Assembly: GCA_049840735.1 (NCBI GenBank)
Contig: JASGJN010000017.1
Location: 288,001 to 352,000, forward strand
Reading direction: 5' to 3'
Length of the DNA stretch: 64,000 nt
Source of the DNA: Anaeromyxobacter sp.
Lineage (GTDB): Bacteria > Myxococcota > Myxococcia > Myxococcales > Anaeromyxobacteraceae
The translations under genes were made by a program, and so were the position numbers. Below the pieces are notes generated by a model. It searched no databases. It saw nothing but the letters and a program-made list of their open reading frames with translations, and was not told the origin of the DNA. The stretch's first letter is position 1. Every line of letters starts with the position of its first letter. Below, piece after piece: positions 1-10,383 of this stretch.

Positions 1-1683
<1,683 letters not shown>

Positions 1684-1850
1684 GGCTCGATATCCCCTTC
1701 CGTTGGTGCGTCGATCGAACCCAACCGCCGGGAGCGTCGGTGTGTTCCACCTCCGACCCCGGGCGGCCGGACGAACGCCCGCGCCAATGCCGGCTTATAA
1801 CAGCACCCGCCCCCCTTTGCAGTGATTGCCGCCGCCCCGCCAGCAGGGGT

Positions 1851-3149
1851 TCAGCGGCCCTCGGCCGGCTCCAGCCGGACCTCCAGCCCCCCCGCCGCGC
1901 CCGCCACGCCGCGCACGCCCAGCTCAGGGATGGCGAGCACCTCCGCGCCGCAGGTCAGCAGCACCAGCCCGTCCCGCCGCTCCCGCGGGACCTTGCGGTC
2001 GATGAGCCAGGCCTTGAGGGGCTTTGAGCCATTTCCCCCTTCGGGACGGATCCGATCGCCCGGCCGCCGGCTCCGCAGCTCCAGCGGCCACGCTACCCGA
2101 TCGGGGTGCTCGGCCTGCACGCGCGCCACCTCGCCGCGGCCAGCCAGGGGGTAGCGCCCTGGCCCCGGGACCCCGGTGGGCGGCAGCGGCGCGGCACCCG
2201 GCGCCTCCGGCGCAAGCTCCAGCAGGCCGTAGCGGCAGCGCGCCACCACGCCGCCCGGAAGCGCGAGCGCGCGCGGCCGGCGGCTGCGGAGCAGCCTCAG
2301 CACGCGCTCGACGTGCTCCGCCGACAGCTCGCCCCCGCGGCGTGCGCGGCGCCAGAGCGCCCGCACCGTGCGGCGCCGCACCGCCACCGGCTGGGCCCGC
2401 ACCGCCTCCACCGCCACCGCGCCGCCCGCCACCCGCCCGGCGCGGGCCAGCGCCCGCTCGTCGTCGCGGAGCAGATTGGCGGCGCGGGCCAGCGCGCGCT
2501 CGTGCGCCGGCGCCAGCTCGGCCAGCAGCGGCAGCAGCCGCTGGCGAAGCCGGTTGCGCGCGAAGCGCGGGGTGGCGTTGGACGGGTCCTCGCACCAGCC
2601 GAGCCCGAGGGATTGCAGCCAGGCGAGCCCCTCGGCGCGGGAGCGATCGATGAGCGGCCGGATGATGGCCCCGCGCCGCGGCGGAATGCCGGCCAGGCCG
2701 CGCGCCCCCGCGCCGCGCAGCAGGCGCAGCAGCACCGTCTCCGCCTGGTCGCTGCGCGTGTGACCGGTGGCGATGCGCGCGAGCCCGTGGCGCAGCGCCG
2801 CCTCGCGCAGCGCCGCGTACCGCGCGCGCCTGGCCTGCGCCTGCACGTTGCCCGGCGCGACCCGCACCGCGATCACCTCCAGCGGCACGCCCAGCCGCGC
2901 GCACGCCGCCTCGGCCGCCGCGCGGTCGGCGGCGGCGGGGCGGAGCCCGTGGTCCACGTGGAGCGCCCGCAGCGCGCCCAGCTCCCCGGCGTCGCGGAGC
3001 GCCGCCAGCGCGGCCAGCAGCGCGGTGGAGTCGGCGCCACCGGAGAGCGCCACCAGCACCCCCTGGCCTGGCCCGGCCAGCCGGCGGCGCCGGAGGGTGG
3101 CCAGGACGGCGGCCGGATATGGGCCAAGGGTGGGAGTTCGCACGGGCAA
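1851..3149 (-). CDS. tilS: tRNA(Ile)-lysidine synthetase
   Basis: PP-loop SGGADS, HVDHGLR, ATGHTRSDQAET, EDPSN and RNRLR motifs. Confidence 0.96.
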   Translation of the reverse strand: MPVRTPTLGPYPAAVLATLRRRRLAGPGQGVLVALSGGADSTALLAALAALRDAGELGALRALHVDHGLRPAAADRAAAEAACARLGVPLEVIAVRVAPGNVQAQARRARYAALREAALRHGLARIATGHTRSDQAETVLLRLLRGAGARGLAGIPPRRGAIIRPLIDRSRAEGLAWLQSLGLGWCEDPSNATPRFARNRLRQRLLPLLAELAPAHERALARAANLLRDDERALARAGRVAGGAVAVEAVRAQPVAVRRRTVRALWRRARRGGELSAEHVERVLRLLRSRRPRALALPGGVVARCRYGLLELAPEAPGAAPLPPTGVPGPGRYPLAGRGEVARVQAEHPDRVAWPLELRSRRPGDRIRPEGGNGSKPLKAWLIDRKVPRERRDGLVLLTCGAEVLAIPELGVRGVAGAAGGLEVRLEPAEGR

Positions 3150-3340
3150 GCGGCGCCGGAGGGCGGCCTTTATACTAGCCGCGCGCGGTGCACGGTCGCT
3201 CCGGTGGGAATGGAGACCGATCCGCGGGGGTTGGCAGAGGCGAAGGACGGGAGGGCCCGGCTCAGCATTGTGGGGTAACCCGAAAGGGAATGAGCACTTG
3301 GGTTCCCTTGTTGACGCTGGCAGGTGTCACGACAACTTTG

Positions 3341-3420
3341 AAGCGCTGGGCCTAGGGGTCCCCCCCCTCCCCCTCTGGGCCCACGGAGAGCCGGCAGCAA
3401 TGCCGGCTCTCCTCTTTTTC
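3341..3420 (+). ncRNA. Candidate ~80-nt small RNA with a C-rich hairpin loop and intrinsic terminator
   Basis: TTGACG -35-like box near 3311, hairpin TGGGCCTAGGGG/CCCCTCTGGGCCCA with a poly-C loop, then a terminator; no credible ORF. Confidence 0.45.
3385..3420 (+). terminator. Rho-independent terminator
   Basis: Perfect stem GGAGAGCCGGCA-GCAA-TGCCGGCTCTCC followed by TCTTTTT. Confidence 0.85.
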
Positions 3421-3571
3421 CCGCGGGCGCAGGTGACCCAACACGCCCCGGATCGATCGGCCTTTCACTGGGGGCGAAGAAGAAGCCTCACCCTTCGGTC
3501 GCAAGTCATCTTGACCGCGGGAACGTTCCCAGCGTACAAAGCCCTCGGATTTCCCACACCACGGAGCTGTG

Positions 3572-3787
3572 ATGCCCGGCACCGACAAGCGTAAGCAGTC
3601 GCTGTACTTCCCCGAGGACATGCTGAACGAGATCCAGGCCGAGGCCAACCGGCAGGACCGGTCGCTCTCCTGGATTGTCCAGCAGGCCTGGCGGATCGCG
3701 CGCGGCGAGATCATGCGCTTCCCGAGCGTGAACGACGTGCTGTCCGGCGTCGCCCGCGAGGACGAGCGCGAGGAGAAGGGCACCTAG
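3572..3787 (+). CDS. TIGR04563 (MXAN_4361/4362-type) small ribbon-helix-helix-like protein
   Basis: DKRKQSLYFPEDMLNEIQAEANRQDRSLSWIVQQAW matches this myxobacterial family as I recall it. Confidence 0.85.
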   Translation: MPGTDKRKQSLYFPEDMLNEIQAEANRQDRSLSWIVQQAWRIARGEIMRFPSVNDVLSGVAREDEREEKGT

Positions 3788-3915
3788 CCCTTCCTCGACG
3801 TCACATCCCACCTTTCGTGTGCGCCCGGGCCGCGCTGCGGCTCGGGCGTTCGCCTTTTGACGTGGGAGCCTGAGGGGCTGTACGCTCCGTGCGAACCCCT
3901 CAACCCCCCGGAACG

Positions 3916-5298
3916 ATGGCCAAACCCCCCGTCCCCGACCGCGCCGCGGAGCCGAACGACTCCGTGGAGGAAGACTTCTACGAGGTTCCGGCCGAGCTGG
4001 ACGGGCCGGACGAGCTGCCGGCAGACGAGGCGTCCTCGCCCGAGGACGAGGACGGCCGCGAGGCGCTGGCGAGCCGCAGCCCGCTCTCCCGCAAGCTCAC
4101 GGCCTTCGTGATCGTCGGCGTGGTGGCGCTGGCCGCGCTGGGCGTCTTCGCCTACCGCGCGCACCAGAAGACGCTCATGCTGAGGGCGGGCCTGGAGCGC
4201 GCCGAGCAGCTGCTGCGCGACGACACCGCCGCCAGCTACCGCGAGGCGGCCCGGCTGCTCGAGCCGCTGGCGGAGGTGGATCCGCTGGAGGCCGGCAGCG
4301 CGCGCGCGTTCGCGCTGGCGATGCTCGCCGCCGACTACCGCGACGACCGGGCGGAGCAGCAGGCGAACGTGCTGCTGGTCGTGCCGGAGCGGGCCGAGGT
4401 GCTGCTGCGCCGCACGGCCCTGGCCAAGGCGGCGCTGGCCCTGGCCGACCGGAAGCTGGGCGACGCCACGCAGTACGTGACCCAGGCCCGCGACGACGTC
4501 AGCGAGGGCGGCACCGATGCGCGCTGGGCCGAGCTCCTCGCGGCGCGCACGGCGCTGCACGGGCTGGAGGCGAGCTCGGCCCGCGGACCGGCGGCGCTGG
4601 CCGCGCAGGCGGATGCCGGCCAGCCGCCCTTCCCTCCCGGCCTCGCGCTCCATGGCGACACGCTCCGCCGGAGCGGCGACCTGGCCGGCGCGGCGGCGTC
4701 CTACCGCGAGGCGCTGGAGGCCTCCGAGGCGTGGCGCGGCGACAAGCGCCCGGCGCCGCGCCAGCCGCGCGCCATCTTCGGCCTGGCCAAGGTGGCGCTC
4801 TCCGGCGGCGGGTCCGCCGAGGAGGCCGCCCGTCACCTGGTGGACCTCTCGCGCGACGCGGAGACCCCTCAGCCCGAGCGGTCGCGCGCGGCCATCTACC
4901 TCGCCGCGCTGCAGCTGCGGGCCGGGTCGCGGGAGAACGCCGTGGCCGCCATCGAGGCCGCCGGGCTGCAGGGCGACGCCCGCACCTGGGCCGAGCGCGC
5001 CGCCGCCGCCATGGCCGCCAACCGCGGGCCGTACCGCGCCGTCACCGGCGCGCCGCTCTCGCTGGAGAGCGCCGTGGACGACGACCAGCCAGCCATCAAG
5101 CCGCTGGTCCCGGAGCCGCCCAGGCCGCCGCCTGTCGTCGAGGAGCAGCCGGTGAAGAAGGCCACCGCCAAGGCGCCGGCCCGCAAGAGCACCAGCAAGG
5201 CCACGGCGGGCAAGACGACGAGCAAGACCTCGACGAAGTCGGCCAAGGCGGCCTCGACCAGGACCACGACGAAGAAGGTCCGGAAGACCACCCGCTAA
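3916..5298 (+). CDS. Single-pass membrane protein with helical/TPR-like body and K/T/S-rich C-terminal tail
   Basis: Acidic N-terminus, TM segment FVIVGVVALAALGVFAY, Ala/Leu-rich helices, low-complexity basic tail; host-like codon usage. Confidence 0.75.
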   Translation: MAKPPVPDRAAEPNDSVEEDFYEVPAELDGPDELPADEASSPEDEDGREALASRSPLSRKLTAFVIVGVVALAALGVFAYRAHQKTLMLRAGLERAEQLLRDDTAASYREAARLLEPLAEVDPLEAGSARAFALAMLAADYRDDRAEQQANVLLVVPERAEVLLRRTALAKAALALADRKLGDATQYVTQARDDVSEGGTDARWAELLAARTALHGLEASSARGPAALAAQADAGQPPFPPGLALHGDTLRRSGDLAGAAASYREALEASEAWRGDKRPAPRQPRAIFGLAKVALSGGGSAEEAARHLVDLSRDAETPQPERSRAAIYLAALQLRAGSRENAVAAIEAAGLQGDARTWAERAAAAMAANRGPYRAVTGAPLSLESAVDDDQPAIKPLVPEPPRPPPVVEEQPVKKATAKAPARKSTSKATAGKTTSKTSTKSAKAASTRTTTKKVRKTTR

Positions 5299-5605
5299 GG
5301 CGGCCCACGGCCCGCGGCGCCGCCCCGTCCAGGGGCGCGTCCTGCCTGTGTCCGCAGCAGCAGGGATCGTCGAGCGCGCTGCCCGCGGCGCGTGCAACAG
5401 GTCCCTCCTTGGCCGCACGGACGTCCCGCGCAGGGACCGGGGCTGCACGCGCCCTGGGCGCTGGCTGCCCGCCGTCGCAGCCCCGTGCGCTCCCACTCCC
5501 CTGACGACAGGGCACGTTGCCCGGGCGCGAGGCAGCACCTTGCCCGCGAGGCGGGCAACGGCTCGATCCTGACCCCTGCTTCGCCCGGGAAACACGCGGG
5601 GCAGG

Positions 5606-5623
5606 CCCGGCATGCGGGCTGCA
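5606..5623 (+). promoter_or_regulatory. Putative sigma-54 (-24/-12) promoter of amtB
   Basis: CCGGCATGCGGGCTGCA has GG-N10-GC spacing about 40 nt before the amtB start. Sigma-54 control is typical for nitrogen-uptake genes. Confidence 0.55.
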
Positions 5624-5663
5624 CTGGGGCCGGATGGGATCACCAACCTTCCCGGAGGCACCC

Positions 5664-7031
5664 TTGAGAAAGCTGCTCCTCGCGCTGGCCCTGGCGCTCC
5701 CCACCCTCGCGGCGGCGTCGGATGGCTCCTCCATCAGCGCCGGCGACACCGCGCTGGTGCTGGTGAGCGCCGGCCTGGTGATGCTGATGACCCCCGGCCT
5801 GGCGTTCTTCTACGGCGGCCTGGTCCGCTCCAAGAACGTCGTCCACACCATGAACCTGTCGATCGCGGTGATGGGCGTGGCCGGCGTCCTCTGGGCGCTG
5901 GTCGGATACTCCCTCTCCTTCGCGAACGGCGGCGCGCTCAACGACGTGCTGGGCGGCCTGGGCTACCTGGGCCTGTCCGGCGTGGGCGCGGAGCCCGCCC
6001 CCCTGCAGCCCACCATCCCGCACTCCGCGTTCATGCTGTTCCAGGGCATGTTCGCGGTCATCACCCCCGCGCTCATCTCCGGCGCCATCGTGGAGCGCGT
6101 CCGCATCAAGCCGTACCTGCTCTTCGTGGCGCTCTGGGCGGTGGTCGTCTACACGCCGGTGGCGCACTGGGTCTGGGGCGGCGGGTGGCTGGCGCAGCTC
6201 GGGGTGCTCGACTTCGCCGGCGGCACCGTGGTGCACATCAACGCCGCCGCGGCCGCGCTGGTGGCGGCCATCCTGCTGGGCAAGCGCCGCGGCCTGCGCA
6301 CCCCCACCGTCCTCCCGCACAGCGTGCCCTTCGCCATCCTGGGCATGGGGCTGCTCTGGTTCGGCTGGCTGGGCTTCAACGGCGGCAGCGCCCTCAAGGC
6401 CGACGGCCTGGCCTCGGCCGCCTTCGTGAACACCTTCTTCGCGCCGGCGGCGGCGGCGCTGGCCTGGGGCCTCATCGAGCTCTGGCTCCACGGCAAGATG
6501 TCCGGCGTGGGCCTGGCCTCTGGCGCGGTGGCCGGGATGGTCGCCATCACCCCGGCGGCCGGCTACGTCACCCCGGGCGCGAGCCTGCTCATCGGCGGGC
6601 TGGCGGCCTGCGCCTCCTTCGCCGCCGTCCGCGTCCGCCCCCGGCTCGGCCTGGACGACTCCCTCGACGTCTTCGCCGTCCACGGCGTGGCCGCCACGCT
6701 GGGCGCGCTGGCGACCGGCGTCTTCGCCACCACCTCCATCAACCCGGCCGGCGCCGACGCCAGCCTGCTGCTCCTCGGCAAGCAGGCGCTGGGCGTGGTG
6801 GTCACGCTGGCCTGGTCCGGCGCGGTCTCCTTCGGCCTGCTCAAGCTGGTCAACGCCATCACCCCGCTCCGCGCCGCGGAGCAGGACGAGTGGTCCGGCC
6901 TCGACGAGGCCGAGACCGGCGAGCGCGGCTACATCACCAACGACCTGGACTCCGCCCCCGGCGCGTTCAGCGGCGGCCACGCCACCAGCGGCGCCGCCGC
7001 GGTCACCAGGCCCGGGACCGCCACGGCGTAG
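5664..7031 (+). CDS. amtB: Ammonium transporter
   Basis: MTPGLAFFYGG, FQGMFAVITPALISGA, DFAGGTVVH, LWFGWLGFNGGS and DDSLDVFAVHG motifs; GGAGG RBS before TTG at 5664. Confidence 0.96.
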   Translation: MRKLLLALALALPTLAAASDGSSISAGDTALVLVSAGLVMLMTPGLAFFYGGLVRSKNVVHTMNLSIAVMGVAGVLWALVGYSLSFANGGALNDVLGGLGYLGLSGVGAEPAPLQPTIPHSAFMLFQGMFAVITPALISGAIVERVRIKPYLLFVALWAVVVYTPVAHWVWGGGWLAQLGVLDFAGGTVVHINAAAAALVAAILLGKRRGLRTPTVLPHSVPFAILGMGLLWFGWLGFNGGSALKADGLASAAFVNTFFAPAAAALAWGLIELWLHGKMSGVGLASGAVAGMVAITPAAGYVTPGASLLIGGLAACASFAAVRVRPRLGLDDSLDVFAVHGVAATLGALATGVFATTSINPAGADASLLLLGKQALGVVVTLAWSGAVSFGLLKLVNAITPLRAAEQDEWSGLDEAETGERGYITNDLDSAPGAFSGGHATSGAAAVTRPGTATA

Positions 7032-7054
7032 CCCGCTTCGCAGCCTGGACGCAC

Positions 7055-7096
7055 GGACGCCCGCTCCCGCAGCCGCGGGGGCGGGCGTCGTCCTTC
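7055..7096 (+). terminator. GC-rich hairpin after amtB
   Basis: GACGCCCGCTCCCGC-AGCC-GCGGGGGCGGGCGTC stem between convergent genes; weak U-tract. Confidence 0.55.
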
Positions 7097-7115
7097 GGTC
7101 GGGCACAGGCCGCCG

Positions 7116-7165
7116 GCCTTCGACTCCGCCCCGCCTCCCGGCGGGGCTACGCTCAGGCTGACCGG
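7116..7165. repeat. REP-like palindromic element (intergenic copy)
   Basis: CCTTCGACTCCG-hairpin-GCTACGCTCAGG; a related copy lies at 17467-17540. Confidence 0.7.
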
Positions 7166-7195
7166 ATCAGGTTGCCTACATCCTTCGACGGCCCC

Positions 7196-7705
7196 CTAGC
7201 CGCTCAGCTGGGCCAGGACGGAGTCGAACACGAACAGCTCAATCCGCTCCCGGTCGGCCTGCTCGAGCCCGACGTAGGAGAAGCAGACCCGCACGTTCCC
7301 CGCCTGCGGCTTCACGTCCACCACGCGCGCCTTCCCCTTGAGCGGCTCGGCCCCCGGGACCCGCAGCGCCACGCTCACCTCGTCGCCCATGGGCGGCGCC
7401 TTGGCGAGCAGGCAGGAGAAGCCGCCGGTGGAGATGTCGATGGTGATGGCCCGCGCGGTGGAGGTGAGCATGTCCAGGTCCACCTGCAGCGCCCGCGCGA
7501 CGCGCAGCGCCTGTCGCGGCGTCTCGCCGGGCTTCACGGTGAGGCGCTGTGCGGCGAGCAGCGCCCGCGCCAGCTCGTCCCGGCCGCCGCGGTAGGTCTC
7601 GGCCTCGGCCGGCGAGAGCTGGCCGCGGCGGGCGCGCTCGTGGAGCTGGCGGAAAGACCGGAGCCAGTCGGCGAGGCTGGAGCTGGTGGCGGGAGGCGGG
7701 CTCAT
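7196..7705 (-). CDS. PilZ-domain protein
   Basis: RxxxR (RQALR) and DISTGG motifs followed by a beta-barrel pattern. Confidence 0.85.
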   Translation of the reverse strand: MSPPPATSSSLADWLRSFRQLHERARRGQLSPAEAETYRGGRDELARALLAAQRLTVKPGETPRQALRVARALQVDLDMLTSTARAITIDISTGGFSCLLAKAPPMGDEVSVALRVPGAEPLKGKARVVDVKPQAGNVRVCFSYVGLEQADRERIELFVFDSVLAQLSG

Positions 7706-7816
7706 GAGGCTCCTCGACGGGCGCGCCTGGCGGCGCTCGTGCCCGGCTGGGTACCCGGCGACCCTAGCGCCCGCTCTCCCGCGAGGTCAAGCGAAGGAGG
7801 GGATCGTGGGACAGCC

Positions 7817-8647
7817 CTAGGCCGCGCGCGGGGCGATCCCCAGCACCGCGCGCGCCTGGGCCGGGGTGGCCACCGGACGGCCCGCCGCCGCCGCCCGCTC
7901 CACCGCCAGCGCCACCAGCTCGTCCGAGCCGCGGGCCAGCACGCCCTTGCGCGCGTACAGGTTGTCCTCCAGCCCCACCCGCACGTGGCCGCCCAGGGCC
8001 AGGGCCAGCTCGGCCATGGGCAGCTGGTGCCGCCCCACCCCGGCCACCGACCAGTGGACCGCCTCGGGCAGCCCCTCGACGAGGAAGCGCAGGTTGCGCT
8101 CGGTCGCGCCCATGCCGCCGGGTACGCCCAGCACGAACTGCACCTGGTACGGCGCCGCCAGGTGCCCTTTCTCCAGCAGCCAGCGGAGCGTGTCGAGCAT
8201 CCCGGCGTCGTAGAGCTCGCACTCCGGCACCAGCCGCCGCTCGCGCAGCCGCGCGGCGATGCGAACGATGTCCGGGCGCGTGTTCTGGAAGACCTCGTCG
8301 CCGAAGTTCATGGTGCCGAGGTTGAGCGTGCCCATCTCGGCGCCGTCCACCAGCGACCCCAGCCGCTCGTCCACGGTCATGCCCACCGCCCCGCCGGTGG
8401 AGCACTGGAGCACCACGTCGCTGCCGGCGTCGCGGACGCGCGCCACGATCTCGCGGAAGTGGGCCGCCTCCTGCGAGGGCCGACCGTCCGGCCAGCGCGC
8501 GTGCAGGTGGACCACCGCGGCCCCGGCCCGGCCCGCCTCGACGGCGGCGCGGGCGATCTCCTCCGGCGTGTACGGCACGGCCGGGCTCTGCGCGCGGGTG
8601 ACCTCGGCGCCCACCACGGCGGCGGTGATGACGACGGGCTCGGCCAT
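7817..8647 (-). CDS. kce: 3-keto-5-aminohexanoate cleavage enzyme (BKACE family)
   Basis: VITAAVVGAE, PYTPEEIA, HLHAR, STGG and VRVGLEDN motifs; lysine-degradation context. Confidence 0.92.
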   Translation of the reverse strand: MAEPVVITAAVVGAEVTRAQSPAVPYTPEEIARAAVEAGRAGAAVVHLHARWPDGRPSQEAAHFREIVARVRDAGSDVVLQCSTGGAVGMTVDERLGSLVDGAEMGTLNLGTMNFGDEVFQNTRPDIVRIAARLRERRLVPECELYDAGMLDTLRWLLEKGHLAAPYQVQFVLGVPGGMGATERNLRFLVEGLPEAVHWSVAGVGRHQLPMAELALALGGHVRVGLEDNLYARKGVLARGSDELVALAVERAAAAGRPVATPAQARAVLGIAPRAA

Positions 8648-8664
8648 GGGTTCCTCCCGGCGCC

Positions 8665-9063
8665 TCAGCGCGCCAGCCGCTGCTTGTCCTTGGGCACCAC
8701 GCAGGTGCCGCTGGCCCGGCAGACCACCACCGGCGCGGCCAGCACCTCGGCGGCCGAGCCGGAGAGGTCCGGGCGCGGCGCGATCACCTTGCGGGCCTCG
8801 AAGCGCATGGTGCGCGAGGTGGCGCCCGCCTTGACGATCTCCCCCTCCGCCTCGACGTAGTCGCCGGCGAAGACCGGGGCCAGGAACTCCACCGCGTCGT
8901 AGGCCCGGAACAGCCCCTCGTCGCCGTCGTGGCGGATGAGCAGCTCGGTGGCCACGTCGCCGAAGAGCGCCAGCATGCGCGCGCCGTCCACCAGGTTGCC
9001 GCCGTAGTGGGCGTCGGCCTGGCTGAGCCGGAGCCGGAGCAGGACCTTCTCGCCGAGCGGCAT
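8665..9063 (-). CDS. kal: 3-aminobutyryl-CoA ammonia-lyase (hotdog fold)
   Basis: [12 protein letters not shown]...FGDVATEL...[10 protein letters not shown]...VEFLAPV. Confidence 0.92.
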   Translation of the reverse strand: MPLGEKVLLRLRLSQADAHYGGNLVDGARMLALFGDVATELLIRHDGDEGLFRAYDAVEFLAPVFAGDYVEAEGEIVKAGATSRTMRFEARKVIAPRPDLSGSAAEVLAAPVVVCRASGTCVVPKDKQRLAR

Positions 9064-9829
9064 CAGTGCATCTCCTTGCCCATGCGCTTCAGGACGGCGC
9101 CCACGATGAAGTTCGCCACCTCGGACGGCTTGGTGCCCGGGCCGAAGCCGGCGTCGTAGCCCAGCTCGACCGCCAGCTTGTGGTCGATGCGCGGCCCGCC
9201 CAGGATGGCGGTCAGCCCCTGGCGCAGCCCCAGCCGCGTCAGCTCCTCGAGGAGCTGCCGCGCGTTCTCCTTGTGGCTGTCGCGCTGGGTCACCACCTGC
9301 GAGACCAGCACCGCGTCGGCCTTGCGCTCCTGGCAGCGCCGCGCCAGGGCCGCGTTCTCGACCTGCGCGCCCAGGTTGGCGGCCTCGAAGCAGGCGTACC
9401 GCTCCAGGCCGTAGTCCCCGGCGAACCCCTTCATGTTCATGATGGCGTCGATGCCCACGGTGTGCGCGTCGGCGCCGGTGCAGGCGCCCAGCACCACGAT
9501 GCGCCGCCCCACCTCGCGCAGCGCGTACTCGTTCAGCTCGTCGAAGCCCTTCTTGCGGACCACGATCTCGGGATTTGGATCTTGCCGTAGTCCACCGCCA
9601 CGGAGGTCCGGCCGTAGACCACGAAGAACGTGTAGCGGTCGGCGGCCGGCTCCATGGCCGCCACGTGCACCCCCTCCATCCCCATCTTGCGCGCCACCTC
9701 GGCCGCGGCCTCGCGGCCGCGCTCGCCGGCGGGCACCGGCAACACGAAGGAGAGCTGCACCACGCCGTCGTCGCGGCGGTCGCCGTAGGGCCGGATGACC
9801 TGCCCGGCCTCCCATTCACGTGCGGTCAT
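9063..9829 (-). CDS. kamE: Lysine 5,6-aminomutase beta subunit (B12-binding); one frameshift near 9575
   Basis: N-terminal [20 protein letters not shown] in one frame; [17 protein letters not shown] and GYDAGFGPG in another. Confidence 0.9.
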
Positions 9830-10383
9830 GTCCGGTCTCCCCGGTGGGCCAGCGCCACCGGCCTCTGGATCCTCGCCCCCTCCAGCGCCCGCACCGCGTC
9901 GATGACCTCGCGCGGCGCGGGGGAGCGGGCGGTGAGGAAGAGCTGGTACTGGGTGCCCCCGTCGCAGGCGGCCCAGGCCCAGACGTGCCAGGCGCCCTGG
10001 TCGCCCTCCAGCGTCTGCGCCGGAAGGCCCGCCAGCCGCGTGGGGTGGCGCCGGGCGCGCTCCATGGCGTCGCCCTTCTTCATGAGCGCCTGCGCGTCCG
10101 CCAGGCAGGCCTCGCTGCTGGCGAAGGGCTCCTCCGGCGTGGAGACCTCCAGCCGCGCGCCCTCGTCCGCCGAGACCAGCTTCAGGTGGCGCGGGCCGCC
10201 CGAGGCGCCCCAGGCGGCGGGCGCCTCGAAGCGGAGCGCGCCCACGGTGTAGAAGACCCAGCCCTCGCGGCTGGACGGCTCGCCCTGCGGCGCGGGCGCC
10301 AGGGCCTCGCGCACGCCGGCGCAGCCGCCCAGCGCGAGCAGGAGCGCCAGCAGCGCGGAGCGGCGGGCGGCCCCCGCGCTCAC
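9826..10383 (-). CDS. Hypothetical lipoprotein
   Basis: GTG start overlaps the kamD stop; lipobox LALGGC. Confidence 0.7.
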   Translation of the reverse strand: MSAGAARRSALLALLLALGGCAGVREALAPAPQGEPSSREGWVFYTVGALRFEAPAAWGASGGPRHLKLVSADEGARLEVSTPEEPFASSEACLADAQALMKKGDAMERARRHPTRLAGLPAQTLEGDQGAWHVWAWAACDGGTQYQLFLTARSPAPREVIDAVRALEGARIQRPVALAHRGDRT

